A stretch of 60,578 nucleotides of DNA, filler included. It is 4 parts of 4 records of this genome, joined end to end, with 100 filler letters (N's around TTAATTAATTAA, not from the genome) between each part and the next. Parts side by side here need not be neighbours in the genome. Positions count along the whole stretch, not along the records: positions 50,788 to 60,578 come from SRR20825006_910; 3 more parts are not named here. One strand, given 5' to 3'. The notes below the pieces were generated by a model. That model saw only the letters and a list, made by a program, of their open reading frames with translations. It was not told where the DNA came from and searched no databases. Positions 59,620 through 60,578 of the stretch are shown here, in pieces. Position 1 is the first letter of the stretch. Each line of letters starts with the position of its first letter. A program made the translations under genes and the position numbers.

Positions 59620-60578
59620 ATGGCGCGTGTTTATAATTTTTGCGCAGGACCTGCGGCAATTCCCGAGGCAGTGTTGAGCCAGGCGAAGGATGAATTGCTG
59701 GATTGGAGAGGCCGCGGCTTATCGGTGATGGAAATGAGTCACCGCTCAGAAGAAATGGTCTCTATTGCCAGTGAAGCAGAAGCAGATTTGCGTGAGCTGA
59801 TGGGGATCAGCGACGACTATGCGGTGTTATTCCTGCAAGGTGGCGCCAGCTCACAGTTTTCAGCAGTGCCACTGAACCTGTGCGAAGAGGGTGCCACGGT
59901 TGACTATGTGAACACCGGGCAGTGGTCTAAAAAAGCCATTAAAGAAGCCAAGCGTTATGCCAACGTAAATGTTGTTGCCAGCTCAGAGGCGGATAATTTT
60001 GCCAGCATTCCGGCTTTCGACAGTTGGCAGCTCAGCGACAACGCGGCATACCTGCATTACACCCCGAACGAAACCATTGGCGGTGTCGAATTCTTCTGGA
60101 CGCCTGAGGTGCAAGCACCGCTGGTTGCAGATATGTCATCGACGATTCTGTCTCGCCCTATTGATGTGAATCAGTTCGGTGTTATCTATGCCGGCGCGCA
60201 AAAGAACATTGGCCCGGCAGGGTTGACCATTGTGATTGTGCGCAAAGATTTACTCGGTAAGTCACGTGCAATTACGCCAACCATGCTGGATTACCAAACC
60301 GCAGCCGATAACGACTCCATGTACAACACGCCGCCTACGCTGGCGTGGTACTTGTCGGGCCTGGTCTTTAAATGGCTCAAGGCACAGGGAGGCTTGGAAG
60401 CAGTGGAAGCGGTGAATCGCCGCAAGGCCGAAAAGCTCTATGGCTATATCGATGGCAGTGGCTTCTACAGTAACCCTGTTGAAGTGGCGAGTCGCTCGTT
60501 GATGAATGTGCCTTTTGTGCTGGCGGATAGCGGTCTCGACAAAGCGTTCCTGGCCGGTGCAGACGACGCTGGTTTGCT
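59620..60578 (+). CDS. serC: 3-phosphoserine/phosphohydroxythreonine aminotransferase (3'-truncated by window edge)
   Basis: Not in the ORF track. MARVYNFCAGPAAIP...SVMEMSHRS, FLQGGAS, DMSS, YAGAQKNIGPAG and SMYNTPP; gyrA-serC synteny. Confidence 0.96.
   Translation, partial: MARVYNFCAGPAAIPEAVLSQAKDELLDWRGRGLSVMEMSHRSEEMVSIASEAEADLRELMGISDDYAVLFLQGGASSQFSAVPLNLCEEGATVDYVNTGQWSKKAIKEAKRYANVNVVASSEADNFASIPAFDSWQLSDNAAYLHYTPNETIGGVEFFWTPEVQAPLVADMSSTILSRPIDVNQFGVIYAGAQKNIGPAGLTIVIVRKDLLGKSRAITPTMLDYQTAADNDSMYNTPPTLAWYLSGLVFKWLKAQGGLEAVEAVNRRKAEKLYGYIDGSGFYSNPVEVASRSLMNVPFVLADSGLDKAFLAGADDAGL

Overview
This window is not one continuous genome. Four contigs are joined by 100-nt spacers of N44-TTAATTAATTAA-N44 (31061-31160, 41327-41426, 50688-50787), so neighbourhoods across the spacers mean nothing. 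(1) 1-31060 is a Rhizobiaceae-like alphaproteobacterial core-chromosome segment: aapJQMP, metC, cysE, cobS/cobT, dgkA, thrS, partial parE and conserved Rhizobiales genes, with several small accessory insertions. These are a 148-aa Ser/Pro-rich orphan with four tandem 'S-x-W-N' type repeats, two GT25 glycosyltransferases (one next to a decayed copy of a neighbouring gene's 3' end), a Tat-signal patatin paired with a membrane alpha/beta-hydrolase, and two copies of a palindromic RIME-like repeat. (2) 31161-41326 is an AT-rich Flavobacteriaceae-like polysaccharide utilisation locus: susC/susD divergent from GH28 and GH106, probably for rhamnogalacturonan. The same 16-bp motif sits at identical spacing in both divergent promoters, with a LacI-type palindrome beside one of them. 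(3) 41427-50687 and (4) 50788-60578 are marine gammaproteobacterial (Cellvibrionales-like) housekeeping segments: DUF2971, GMC oxidoreductase, truC, K+ channel, bioA, partial fumC; then aminotransferase, HDOD, yciK-mupP-ubiG-mtaD, gyrA, partial serC. I saw no rRNA, tRNA, CRISPR array or intact transposase. Taxonomic and family calls come from recognising sequence motifs, not from database searches.
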